DNA of 64,000 nt from Lingula anatina (Eukaryota; Animalia; Brachiopoda), in NCBI GenBank assembly GCA_051362555.1, contig CM120642.1:24304001-24368000 (forward strand). The letters are read 5' to 3'. This document shows, piece by piece, positions 12,001-25,270 of this stretch. The notes under the pieces were generated by a model. It made no database searches, had not been told where the DNA came from, and saw nothing but the letters and a program-made list of their open reading frames with translations. Position 1 is the stretch's first letter. Each line of letters begins with the position of its first letter. Made by a program: the position numbers and the translations under genes.

Positions 12001-15000
12001 GACAAGCACAGCCTATGGGGCCATATATACTGGCAAACAATTTTGTTTGTCTACAAAATGTGTATTTTAACCTTAAACTGATAGAAGAAAGCTGATGAAA
12101 ACTATAACATATGACCAGCAGTGCCCTCAATGTTTGTATTTCAGTAAAGTTTTTATTATTTCTTAAAGATAAAGGTGACAGTAATCGTCTTCAATGGGTA
12201 TGTTGGAATGTTAGCAATAAATGTTACAGGTACTTCTCTAGCCCAGTAATAATATGTATGTCTTTGTCAGTTATAAAAACCAAAAAGAGCCTGTTGACAA
12301 ACAGAGCTGAGGTTAGTTGGAAATATTTTCTCTGCACTTGGGTTACAAAATTTACAATATATCGCTTGCACAATTTGTTACAGATTGTCACAGTGGTATA
12401 GCAAACTGGACCAAATGTCGTTATTATTCTTACATAATGTTATAATGTGTTTCTTCATTTCATTTTAGCCAGCCGTGCATCTAGTTATACCCCGAGTTCA
12501 GTGTCACCAGTTGTCACCAGACCTGTTAGGCCTCCACCAATGTAAGTACTAGAAATCAAATGCTATGCTGCCTGTCTTGAGTGTCATAGTGTCAAGTTGT
12601 CTTCAGTGGGTCCAAGAGAGAGAGAGAGAGAGAGCAAAGTTGTGATATTATGTGGGTGAGAAATAGAGCATTATAACAGATAAAGTATTTATATAGTTAT
12701 GTGTTAATTTGTACAACATTTGAAATTGTAGTTTTTCTTTAGTTTTTGAACTAATTATTCTATACTATATCATTAGGCTGAGGAATTATGATATTTAGAA
12801 AAAAGGGAATATGGGGATCATAACTTGTATCTTCTTGTTTTATGCAGTTAGTAGAATTAATCAAAAATATATCACTTAACATATTTATCACATATAGGAT
12901 ACAATTCTTTCTTTGACTGAACTTTCTGGTTTGCTGTGTATTGTAACATATAATCTGCTATAACCTGACCAAATATATTGTCATTATTTCCAATATTACT
13001 CCAACCACAAACCAAACACTATATACAGATTATGATACTGGCTGATGAAACTTCCTGAAGAGTTCTTTTTCTGCTAAAAGACCCAGATAGCACTTTATCT
13101 TGTCTCTGATCTTGGTCCTGATCAATTGACCCTATCAAGATAACACATTACTGTGGATGTACCTAGATAACACATTGGGTCACACCTACCTAGATAACAC
13201 ATTGGGTTAAACCTACCCCAATACTCCATTGTATTACACCTACCTAGTTAACACATTTGGTTATACCTACCCCAATATTACATTGTATTAAAACCTACCT
13301 AGATAACACATTGGGTTAAACCTTCCCCGATACTACATTGTATTACACCTACTTAGATAACACATTGGGTTATACCTACCCCGATACCACATTCTATTAC
13401 ACCTACCTAGATAACACATTTGGTTGAACCTACCCCGATACTACATTGTATTACACCTACCCAGATAACACATTAGGTTAAACCTACATCGATACTACAT
13501 TGTATTACACCTACCCAGATAACATGTTGGGTTAAACCAACCCAGGGAACACATTTGCTTACACCTACACCCAAATAACACATTGGTTTACACCTATCCA
13601 TATAACACATTGGGTTACACCTACCCAGATAACACTAGATTAAATTTAAATGATAGACCCTAGATGGATAACTGACTCAACCTAACCCTGCCCAGATAAC
13701 ATCACATGGACATTGCCTAGAAGATATCACATTGATCCTGAGTAAAAAAAAAAAACACATCACAGTGATCCTGCCTAGATTATATCACAGTTGCTTAGAA
13801 ATAGTTTATCTAAAAGTAAATTCATGAACTGGTGTCATTCCAGTGCAAGTTGTTTTCTGGGTGTTTCAGTATAAAACAGTGTTCTGTTATAAAAACTTAT
13901 ATGAATTTTGAATTTGCATGGGTTTATTAATGGTTTCCCCCTATGTTACACTGACCCGCTTTCAGTGGTGAGTTTGTGGTTGGATTAATTAGAAATATTG
14001 CTGCCTATATATATATATACATATTCATATATATACCTATTTATCCAATGGCTTTGAGAGAACAGTTCTGTTCCGATGGTCAGTGTTCAAAAATGTCTTT
14101 ACCCTTGTGCATACAAAAATTACACTTTGATTATCAAAGAAAATTTGAGAACATAAAAGTAAAAACTGTGCTTTGATGGCTTAAAACTTTCAGCTTTTTT
14201 CCTCAAAATTTTGCTTTGTCTATTGATGAAAAATAATTATAAAGGACAAAAATGCTCAACCATTGGATTTTAACATGCTAATGGATTGCCGTAACATGCG
14301 TCTGAGTTGTTTATTGGTTGCAGTGGTGGTGGTCTGAAGAAACGGCAGTCTGCTGATGCAATCTTAAAGCGTTCTGCTAAGGAAGAACTCTCTAAGCTCA
14401 TGTAAGAGGCTGCTTTATTGCGGTAGCCGAGCACCTGTTTGATAATGTGGCTGTATATTGATATACGTTATATGCGTCAGCTTGTTGTGGTTATATAGGA
14501 TTGCTTTCTGTGAGGTGGTTATTACTGGTTCATTGGCAGTAGTGCATGTAGATGTATAGGCTTTGGCATCGGTGTTGTGGTATGCGCTGGTCGTAGGTTT
14601 GGCTAAGGGGTACTTAGGGATTAGGATCTCTCCGTGAATCCTTGTTTTTCCCTCTGCCAGAGAAAGTTATTATTGCTCAATAGTATAATGTACCCAAATT
14701 CATAACCAAATGGCTTATTATTGAGTTTTTGCACTAAATTGATATATTTCACATACATGGCTTACAGTCAGTATATATGAGATTGATTATAATAGCAGAT
14801 AGATTTTTTGTCAAAGCTGTAGAAAAAGATAAAAACTATCAGAATTGACCTGAGTTTGATATATAATGATGAAAACTGGGAGAAATTAAGTGCATTTGGG
14901 TGGTAAATAAATGCCCCCCCCCCCCCCCCAAAAAAAAAAAAAAGATAAAAGATGATAATAACAATAATGAAAAATTGATCTACTTTCTAACATTGGCCTT

Positions 15001-18000
15001 TGGTAGTGCTGTTTTAATTACACAGCCAAGTGTTATATGTCTGACACATGTGGATTAACAGTGCACATAAAAACAATATTTGAAGCAGTAGACGTGTGGC
15101 TGTATCTGCATGGGGACAGTTAGACCGCATTCACATCGCGTTGAACCATGGATCTACAAAGTCACAAACTAAATATGGTGGACGTACATGAAAGGAAAAC
15201 GGCCTAATCTTCTAATAGTCTCCCCGCCTCTCACACACCTCCCCATGTGTCGTCCCAATGGAGCCGAGATTTAATGACTATACCTCCGCAGGGACGACGC
15301 GAGGAGAGGCGTGTGAGAGGCAGAGAGACTTTTAAAAGATTAGGCGGTTTTCTTTCATGTACATCCACCATATTTAGTTCGTGACTTTGTAGATCCATGG
15401 CTCAACTCGATGTGAATGCAGTCTTAGATGTTTGTACATTGCTGTGGCATAGGTACTACTGCACGAAAGAACTATAGCCCAAACAATTGGTCTTAAATTT
15501 TTAAACCAAAATTTTAGTCTACTTCGAATTGAGAAATATCAGTAGTAGTCTAATTAAATGACTTACTGTGATTCTTTTATTACACGAAAGACATTGCTCA
15601 CGTTTTAGACAAAGGTGGACTATTTTCATGAAACTATATCAAACTTAGATACACCTTACTGTCTTAAGTTTAAGACCAATTTTCCAGCTAAAGTTCTTTT
15701 GTGGAGCTGTCCTAGGGGTGTTTGTTGGAAGGGAGGTGAAATATTTTTCCAGCCTTTACCCTTCCCTCCCCAACAGAGCCCTGGATCCATCATCACAATA
15801 ACAGGCCATTGAAGTGTGCTTTTAACTGCTTTACAAATGCTTTGTCATTTTTATATGGTTGTAACAGCAATATTTTCTGTGATCTGCCATATCCCTAAAT
15901 CTCAGGCAATTGCCTGGTAGTAATAATTGAAGATCCCCCTTGTTATTCAGCTTTAGGAAATGGAGTAATTCGTTCAAGCGGCGCCGGTATGTTATCAAAG
16001 AGGGCTTTTCTTTCGTTGTGCCATAGCATTCACTGTGATTGGCATGTGCACCTTGTCGTTTTGAGGTGTGACTCGTTCCCAACAGCCACATGAAATTGTT
16101 TTCAATAACAAATCTGTTATGCACTTGCAAGGTTGCTGGTTTTCTTGCTGTATGCAGCCAACATGTTTTGCTACAATGTTGCAAATTTTACTTCATTTTT
16201 CGACTGTGTTCATTTGTTCTTATATTAATTCATATCTTTTTACTGTGAAAAATAATTTTGCAGAAAAGACAGTAAAATTGTTTTAGGTAGCAAAATTTGT
16301 TGGTATCTTAATGTTAATTTCTGGGTTTCCAAGGAATTACTTTGCTTTATGTGTGATAATAGAAATTTAACACAGGTCAATTATTTTCATTGTAGCTGTA
16401 AAAATAGTAATAAAGCTAGTTTTCATAATGGAAAATTCTTTTTAATTGTGGTCAGTGTTTAACAGCCTCTACACTGATGGCATGTACAAAACCATTTGTG
16501 ATAAATTGACAAAAATTTGTTTAGGTCTAGTTCTATTATGGACTTGTATGATGTTTTGATCTTAAAGAATGGTCTTATTGGAGATGTCTTTTGATTATAT
16601 TATCACTTTGAAAAAAGTATTAAAATTTAAAAAATTAAAAATGAGGTTATTTTGTTTAAAATAATTTGTTGTGAGTAGACAAATTAATTTTAGGGAGCTC
16701 ACTCACGGATTGTATTACATAATATATGCATAATGTGAATGACATTGTACAGTTATTTGGCCTTAACAGATGATGCATTGGAAAAACTGAGGGGCATCTC
16801 TTCTTGTGGCACACTTAAAGCTTATCTTGGCTGCTGCCACCTGGACTCTGCAGGGCTTTTCTTGATAAAAGGACCTCTTGTGGCATGGTTACTAACTCTC
16901 CACTTTGAGTAGTATTGTTCGGTGTGTGTTTTAAATTTCCTGACTTCCACCAATCGCTTTTGCCCACATCTTTCCACACACAGTTTTGGTGAAGGTTTAC
17001 GTCTCATACACTCTTATAGTTGGACATTTTTGTTTAAGTCCAAGAAGGGTGTATTAATGTAGTACATGTACTAAAGCCATGTTTAAAGATAAAAAATATT
17101 GATGCTAAATAGATGGTTAGGGTTAAGAAGTGCCTTGGTAACATAGGTGTATCCTTATGTCACTGTTGCTTTCACTGTTCCTCTTTTGCAGTGTTTTACT
17201 TTGTTAAATATACTTTAGACCTTAAGCTTCAAGAATCACATCAAATTCATTAATATAAATTATTCATCCTTTAAAGCATATCAAGTTAGTTTTCAGAATC
17301 AAAAGGAAAGTTCTCACAAGTGTATATATTTCTTTCTTCGTGTTCTTTTGATAATATTTATTTATTTATTTTTATTTGCTGAAATATTAATCATTTCACT
17401 GACTTCATATTTTTCAGGAGCTCCTCTACTGGGAACATCCCTACGACTCCCCCCACACCCACGGTCACAGTGCCCAGCAGAAGGTACATTGTCTGGGGTA
17501 GCGCTAACACTCGTCAATTTAGCCAAATGCTAAAATAGACTTAAATTGGCTAAAGAAAAAGGGCTTGATTTGACATGTTTTAGCCAAATCATAACCATTT
17601 TGGTAACAAATTTACAAAAATGTGGTGATTTGGCTAAGCGAAAAAAAATTGCTAGCGCTACCCCAGATTGTTGTAAACCTCTCAGAGATTATTGATAGTC
17701 TTTATTAGTAATTGCACAAAATGTACACAGGCAAAGACCCAACTCTTTGCACGATTCCTGTAAAGAACAAATGCAAGTACAGACATATATTAAGAGAGAG
17801 GAGCAGTTATGTTTATGTTGACATTTGCAACATGATAGTACATCATACAGAAGAAAAGAGAAATTAGATATTTCATCTTAATACATTTTGGCCAATGTAG
17901 AATTGTGGCAACATGTTGTGGCTTCCTTAATTTCACACACACATGCACGCACGCACGCACACACACACTTGCAGACAGGTCTGCTTTTTATTCACATTTT

Positions 18001-18636
18001 CATGTTTTTCTTGTTTCAGAAGGGTAAGGACACTGTATTCCTGTGAAGCCGAGAATGACACAGAGTTATCTTTTGAACCAAACCAGATCATAAATAATGG
18101 TGAGTAAGCAGCTCTGTTCACACAAAGTCTGTTTAAGGTCTTTTTGTGATTTGTTTCCTTATGCAAGATCCAAAGAAAATAACACACAGAAGTAGTTCTT
18201 TTCATGCAAGCTATGAAAGAATTTAGTTGTGCTTAATTCTTTTGGCAAAGTCCCTGACAAAAGTACCATCACCTTGTTTTCTTTTTGTCATGTACCTTTT
18301 AAGGTTTTTTGCCAATATCGAGATTCTTATTGTCAGCAAGTTAAAATGTTGCACCTGATAAATCTGAGCTGCTATTTTTATATTTTGTGAAAAAATAATA
18401 ACTTGTTATTAATAAAGTAATAGCTTATTTTGTTCAAAGTGCTTACTAACTTGAGTCAGTAGAATTTTTGCCACTTTACTTCACATACATCATTTTATCT
18501 GATGTGGCAACATGAATAAGCGTTTAACTTTTTCTTCCATTCAGTGCGTCAGTCAAAAGAGCCAGGGTGGCTAGAGGGCACTCTAAATGGCAAGACAGGC
18601 CTGGTCCCATCCAACTATGTAGAATTCTTAAACTGA
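1..18636 (+). CDS. ARHGAP26: Rho GTPase-activating protein, GRAF/ARHGAP26/ARHGAP10 family; 3' part (end of RhoGAP domain, Ser/Pro-rich linker, C-terminal SH3), spliced
   Basis: Phase-consistent GT-AG exons: 1-102 ([38 protein letters not shown] RhoGAP end), 501-618, 1448-1600, 4329-4508, 12469-12541, 14324-14401, 17418-17483, 18020-18099 ([25 protein letters not shown]), 18545-18636 ([32 protein letters not shown]3 with the GRAF-type [15 protein letters not shown] motif). The gene starts upstream of the window. Confidence 0.92.
1737..2075. mobile_element. Possible degenerate MITE
   Basis: Imperfect inverted ends GGGGTCTGTTTCACACAAAAGT ... ACATTTTGTGAAAAGGGCCTC; no clear TSD. Confidence 0.3.
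4520..4960. repeat. Degenerate TG-rich minisatellite
   Basis: Recurring TGTGTTAG(A/G/T)TGTGACAGTGGTGAA-like motifs in the intron after exon 4329-4508. Confidence 0.5.
6311..9545 (+). mobile_element. Non-autonomous Helentron-associated (HINE/DINE-like) element with internal tandem repeats
   Basis: 5' subTIR TTGTACCACCAGC (6314-6326) followed by a partial inverted copy (hairpin) and a CCG/CGG microsatellite-like tract; internal 146-bp arrays; 3' subTIR GCTGGTGGTACAA (9496-9508), hairpin GAGGCG-GTAT-CGCCTC and terminal CTAG-TT. A second family member lies at 50372-51168. Confidence 0.8.
7285..9350 (+). repeat. 146-bp tandem repeat arrays (7 + 5 copies) inside the HINE
   Basis: Anchor AGGAAGTCAT at 7341, 7487, 7633, 7779, 7925, 8071, 8217, then 8694, 8840, 8986, 9132, 9277; the arrays are separated by a copy (8294-8640) of segment ~6942-7285. 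Confidence 0.95.
13140..13640. repeat. ~26-bp minisatellite with alternating subunits (~52-bp dimer)
   Basis: Alternating ACACCTACCTAGATAACACATTGGGTT and AAACCTACCCCGATACTACATTGTATT-type units. Confidence 0.85.
15123..15423. mobile_element. PIF/Harbinger-like (Tourist-type) fold-back MITE
   Basis: ~135-bp imperfect inverted arms starting GACCGCATTCACATC and ending GATGTGAATGCAGTC, flanked by TTA on both sides (15120-15122, 15424-15426). Confidence 0.8.
17493..17666. mobile_element. Short MITE (hAT-like ends)
   Basis: TIR CTGGGGTAGCGCTA ... TAGCGCTACCCCAG with internal TTTAGCCAA/TTGGCTAA subterminal motifs; ATTGT on both flanks. Confidence 0.65.
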
Positions 18637-21600
18637 CAAAAGGCAGCTGTGATGGAAGACTGTGTCAATGCATGAATCACCTTCAGGACAGAAAAGTCAA
18701 CACTGGTTTTAAAAAAGGAAAAAAGTTTGTCTCCTTTTGAAAATTACTCTACGTTGAAGGATGTTTTGAAGCTTATTTATATATTTTGTCATGTAAAAAA
18801 CATATACTTAAAGTACAAGGGGTGGATTCCATGACATAATTTCTTATGAGGAATGTTACCATGGTTACACTAGTCAAGACAAACTCAGAAGAGCCAGCAT
18901 AAAGTATCTTAGGTGGAGGATTTTCACCTGTCAGTGTAATGCCATGTTAAAAACTTACAGTGATTCAAAGTACAATTGACTGCAAAATTACATGTTGAAT
19001 GTGGGGATTTTTTAAAAATTATGTCAGAGTTGAATAATCTGATAATTTCAAAGGAGGCTTATATTTAACTTTCAAGACGTGCTCTTCAAGATGTAGCTTG
19101 TATAACCGCTTAAATTAAGAGATAATGTAATGTGAAATTCTCTACACAGATTCATGACCAAGGAAGGTTGTAAACTTTGCAACTAGAAGGATGATAATAG
19201 GCTAGGTAAGACAATGGTCATATCCATGGTAAAAAATAGTAATATCCATGGTAACAAAATGGTCATATCCATGGTTACAGACGTAGAAATACATGTTGCT
19301 ATGGCAACAAGATTTGTGTTTGACCCAACACTGGGGTCCTTAATATAAAATTATAACCCAATCTGTTGGTGTTTCTCTGAGTACTGCTGGTCAAGAATCT
19401 TGCTCAGATGACCCCGTCCCACTAGATGATGATGATGATGATAACCTATTGGTGATTGTAATTCTGTATGTTAAATGTCCATGCCATAGAAATATTTGTA
19501 TAATAACTAGATCATGTGTGGAAGATAGGATATATAAATTGCAAAGAATCAAGGTGTCTGTAATTTTTCAAGGTGTCTGTAATTTTTGGCGTGTATATTG
19601 TAAAATTACATGGATTCGTTTTTGTCAATATTTTACCATATAAAAAGCCAATCATTGGTCTGTTATATGTTTATATTATATAATGTAAATAGAATAGATA
19701 TATTGTATCTTATTTAAAAGCTATGGTGATGATAATGCTATATGTTCTGGCAGTATATAGCTGATACCTTTTTTTAGGTGGATTTTAATGAAATGTAAAG
19801 ATAACTGTTGGTAGGATATAGATGCTTACCTGTAGACTCTGATGCAGTTTTCCCCAATTGAATATTTTCTATTTTTCTGAGAACATGTATTTTGATATTC
19901 AGAGATAATTTAAAGAATACTTCAATACTGTTTTCAAATTCTATGTCAGGAAATTTATGAAAGATTATAAATGTAACAAAAAAATTACTAATTAGAATGA
20001 GTTAATGCAGTTTGGGTTTTTACTAAAATTGTGATGGGTTAGGTAGTACAGAATATCTTAATGTTTCATTTGACTTTTTTTGTACAATAAGCCAGTGCTT
20101 TGTCTCTTGGAAAGATCAGATGTAATTATGCTTTGTGTTTTTTTTTTCACTCTGTTTATAAAGCACAGTGGTTTTTGGGGTAGACCTGTATGTTACTGTT
20201 GCTGTCTAATACGCTGTGCATGTTAGTTCTGGTTGCTGTAGTAGCCTAAACCAATTCATTTCTACGAATGCGTCTATGTTGCACAGAAGGGAGAAAATAT
20301 ACAAGATTATGAACCTGTGGAATTTTGATTAAATCTGTTTGTATATAGATTATTTGTCATGGTGTCCAGCAATTTGCAAGGAATTTATGCATAGGAATTA
20401 TCTTTTGATGGCATAATTTTACACATTTTTAAATTACTGTCACAACTTTATTAATATGCTTATTAAAGTTAAAATCTTCATAAACTTATTTCCTGAAAGG
20501 AGAGTACGTTATTTGTGAATTAAGGAATTTTACTCTAATACATTTAAATGTTATCCATAAGAGATACCTTGCAGCACAGTAACTGTTTCAGAAACCATCA
20601 GAAAAAAAATTTAAGAGAAATCTTTTCTGAATGAATATGTTGTTGGCATGATTTGATATCTAGTGGAAAATGTTCTGATCCTGAAAGTATATGTTCATGA
20701 AAGATTTCTTAGGAAAAAAAATTGTCCAGCTAAGGAAACATGGATGTTATGTAGATAACTGTCTATATCAATTGTAAACCTTGAACCAAGTTACCAAAGA
20801 GGTAATTTGTTCAGAACAAAAAATATTTGACATATAATTTGCTGTGTATATACTAAATGATAGAGGGATTTGGAAGGCTGATAGTGCAATAGAAGTACAT
20901 ATATTTAAAAAGAAACAATAAGTGATAAAAGAACAAGAAGCAGTAGATACTAAACACATAACACAATCAGCAAGTAGTACATAGTGATCATGGAATAAAT
21001 AATATAATCACAAGTAATTGTGTTTAGAGAGCAAAAAGTACAGTTAGAACACAGTTTATTCAGGGATTAGATTTTTCCAACTATTGACGGATTTCTGACT
21101 TTTTGGGAGTCAAAAATTTCATCATCCTAGATGGCCCCCTAGCCCCAATACCATATTTTCACTAAATGGCAGTAGTCTCATCCCTGTTTATTGTTTTGCG
21201 AAGCAGTTGTAATGCTGGTTGCACACCTAACATATTCACTGGAGTGATTATTTCAGCAGAAGAGACATTTTCTGGTCGTAAAAAATACCTATAACTTTAC
21301 CCAAAAGATAAACTGTGGTTTTCAAGAAAACGGTCTCTGATAATTTTGAAATTTATGTCATATGTTGATAAGAAATCCATCTTCCTTAACATATAACATT
21401 ACACATTGAACGTTGAAAAAAAAATAGAACTTCTACAACACTGTAGACAACTTCAAAAGTGGTTCCATTAAGCGACTCTGAGCTCTCCATTAATTGGTAT
21501 GATTCGCACTGATGGTAGTAAATCGTGACAATTATAATCATACCAACAACTACAAATGACATCTTTAACTGTATGAATCAATCTTTGCTTTAAACCTTTA

Positions 21601-22822
21601 TAATATTTAACACTTCCTGTAAAAGACGAGAAAATTGCTTACAAGGATTTTGCTATATATATATATATTTTGCAGGGTCATAATACGGAATAGTGTATCT
21701 GTATTAAAGAGAACCCCATACGAGATGTAGATAGTAAGTTAAATGCTTCTTGCTGGCATATGCTTGTATTAGGCTGTGGTCAGAATTGTTTTATCAAAAT
21801 TTGTTTTGAGACTTATTCCAGAAAGTAAACACACTGTGCACCGTTTTACTGTCTGGTACAAGAAATAGGTGGGTGGGTTAAATTAGGACAATTTATTTAT
21901 TCATTTAATAGATTACATGCATTTATACCTACTTTATATAGGTTTTATAGCATGTTATCTGATTTCAATTAAGTTTACTTCCTGTAGTTAGTCCCAAAAC
22001 TTTTATGTTAATTCAAAGCTGAACATGTCCATATATATATATTAAATACTGCCTGTAAATTTGGTGGGTATGTCTAATTAATTATTTAAACAAGCTACAT
22101 TAGCTTTGTATAATTTGTTTGATTGAAAAATTGTATGACAGATTATTACTTACAAATTGACCAGTTGTGTTATAATTTAGACGAGTGTCTAATATGCATT
22201 GCATTAAATCATGGTATGAATTTTTAATACTATTTGTGTACACTGTGTAAGGTACATGTAGTAGATATGTTGATATATTTAGGGTGACACAGTTGACACC
22301 TTCCCCCGTGTATATAATTGGTGTACAGATAGTTCAGTTATTATGTGTATGTATAAAAAATTATGAAATAAATTACACTTTATGTGAGATGGAATTAGAT
22401 GTCTTTTGTTTTTGTATGAAATTATTGCATTATATATGTAATTATAGATTTTTTAATGTCCCCATCGTGAAAGGGTAAAAGATGATATACATTTCGGGAT
22501 ATAAGCCTTAGGAATTATTGTCTACGAGATCACTTTTAGAGAGACTGCTTAGCAGACCTATATGAAAACGAACCCGAGGTATGGGAGAGGGTTCAGAAGT
22601 CGGAGACTTAACCTAGAATATATTTTTTCATTTTATTTTTAATCCCCCCCCCCCCCCCCCCCCCATTACAATACCCTGAATTGTTTAAAGGAAATTACAG
22701 ATGGTAATTTTGGCCGGCCTGTACCCCAAATCCTGAGAAAAGCCCTGATAAGTTAACTGTGGTGTACATCAAAATGATCACTCCGGTAGCCCTAGCTGGA
22801 AAAACAATATAATTTAATTGTA

Positions 22823-24951
22823 TGTCATTCTTTGCTAGTGGTTACAAAATGTTGAATTTGACCGAAAATTTCAAACTTTCTCTGGGAAGCTGTAATTTTG
22901 CGATGTGATAGCTACACCATCACAGTTAATCATTTCATAAAAAGGGAAACAGCAGCTGCCCTTTTTAGGGCACACAGGAGAGTTGAACAGCTATACCCAC
23001 CAAATCCAAGACGCGTTACCCTGGGTAATATATTTTGCACAAACTAATGAAAGTCTAATGGAATGTTTTCAGTTTTAGTTTAAATCATAAGGGGGTGTTG
23101 TCTCAATGCTTCAAAACTGGGTTTGAAGAATTTAATCCACATTTCATAATTAATAAAAATGGTGAATATGTGGGTCACGGTAACGTTATTGACGCGGGTA
23201 CAAAAACTTTTTATAATCATGTAAATAATAACAATATTTTTGCTATTATCCATACACACTTCATTCATGAGGGGCACACCACTTTCACATGCTTTTAAAA
23301 TGGAATTGACAAACACAGAGGAATAATGCACATATTTTATTTACTGTAACTCTGTCATATGGGACACACACTGAACAAAGTTGATCTAAAGAATGTTCCA
23401 GATTGTAGTTTTTTATCAGAACTATTATTTTTTTATTATTATTTTAACACAATAAAGTTCAGTTAAATACAAAATTTAACAAAATGAAGTTCAGTGTAAC
23501 ACAAAGTTCATAATTATAACATTCTTCCTGACATATGTAGACCAATGGTGATATCTGTTCTGTGCTCACTAAGGCATCCACTCTTGGGATTCTGAAAAAA
23601 AATCACACAAAGAATCTGTTAACTCTGATAACGAACAATGGATAACCTAAGATAACAAATAGTTTATTGCTTATTCAAACAAAGTACAGTGCATTATGAG
23701 TGGCAAACACGCATTACTGAGACACATTTTCTTCACCCATTTTCGGTGCTTCATTGCGTAACGTAAGTGTTGCTAGTAATCCATTATTGCTGTTTTTACA
23801 GACGGTTAAATTTTAAACGCACGGAATACAGTGTAGCAGCTTAATTTAAGACAAAACTAAAAAAAAGTAATTCAATTTCGATGATTGAGTTTTCGAGAAC
23901 AAGAGAACATGAATACGGTATCACCGCGTCACCATGTTCAACATGACCTTTAGTCCCCCATGTGAAACAGACGCAAAACGAAAGTTCAGACGAAGTCACC
24001 CTACTTATAGAATGGTAAAAATCAATCGGTACACAAATATGTTGAAACAATTGAAGAAAAATGAAACGAAACTCATTATTTCTCACCTTCATACAAAGAA
24101 GATCCCAATAAACAATCCTGTGACGGTTAAATCGAGGGAATTACACCTGTGCCCTGCATCCTATCTCGACAGCGTCATTGCGTAACATGTTATCAGAATG
24201 GGCCACCCGCCAGTTTGAGCTGGTTTTTTTAGTGTGCAAAAGAAGCCATTCGTGTGTAAGACGTCATCAGTTAGTGAGTATGGAAGAAGATCGCTATCGA
24301 TGTATAATTTTCACGCGGCATTTTAAAGTCGTCTGATAAGAATCGATCTCTGAAGTTTCAGCGTTGCGAACGTAATATTGGGACGCGGTGAAGAAATATC
24401 GACCTTGCTGAGCAATAAATGTGAAATTCTTAAGAAAACTGATATTATCATGGATTTCGTGACACAAACTAACCGAAATACTACTTTGGACGATTGAACA
24501 GTTTTAATACGGAAAGATAGGATTAGATGAAATTTTCATCGGGGTGGGACACCGCATGTATCGTAAGTTAAGCTAATTTTGTGATCATTTTTCAGTGACT
24601 TCAAATAAATTTTTATTTAAATAACCATTTGCACATTCTGTTTATTATATCTTCTTGCAGTAGGTGTATTCCCTGCTTCAATAATTCATTCAAACCCTAA
24701 ACAAACTGTTCCTAAATAGAGGTAGGGTCGAAATTCCACAAAAAAAACGCCATTTTGAGGGTAATTTCGATATATTTTCTGCTTTTTCTCTTCTTTTGCT
24801 TTTATAACAATATCCTCCTTGCTCATGCAGCTTCTTTGATTTGTTATTGAAACATACACAACGATGTCATGAGAATTTGGTCGGCTATCTAAATTTAAAT
24901 AACATTCTTGTTATGGTCCCCCCGCAGTGCACCACTAGCAAAGAATGACTG
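22823..24951. mobile_element. Non-autonomous Tc1/mariner-type DNA transposon (~2.1 kb)
   Basis: TIR GTCATTCTTTGCTAGTGGT (22824-22842) / ACCACTAGCAAAGAATGACTG (24931-24951), with TA on both sides. The paralogous site at ~30478-30484 (TTGTATAAG) is empty. No recognisable transposase ORF. Confidence 0.85.
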
Positions 24952-25221
24952 TATATGTAAACGTAAATTGGAAGAAATATTAATTTTATTTACGTATCTG
25001 TAAATTATGCTTAATTACGCAAAAACTACCAAAATCACTACTTGCACGATAATACATGATCTTATATCATCTTTCCTGAACTGTACACAACTTATTAGAT
25101 TTTGCAGATGGATTAACATTGATGAAAATCTACATAACATTGTTTACATACAACTGCATGTACAAATTAATATCAAAATACACGTATACTAGGCATCTGT
25201 GTTAAATTAAATGTAGTTCGT

Positions 25222-25270
<49 letters not shown>

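Noticed and set aside
25223-25266. Poly-T tract as the poly(A) tail of a retrocopy
   Set aside because: Homology with the cGLR-A flank continues on both sides (the paralogue has a short T-run at ~30752), so it is an in-place homopolymer expansion in a DNA-level duplicate.
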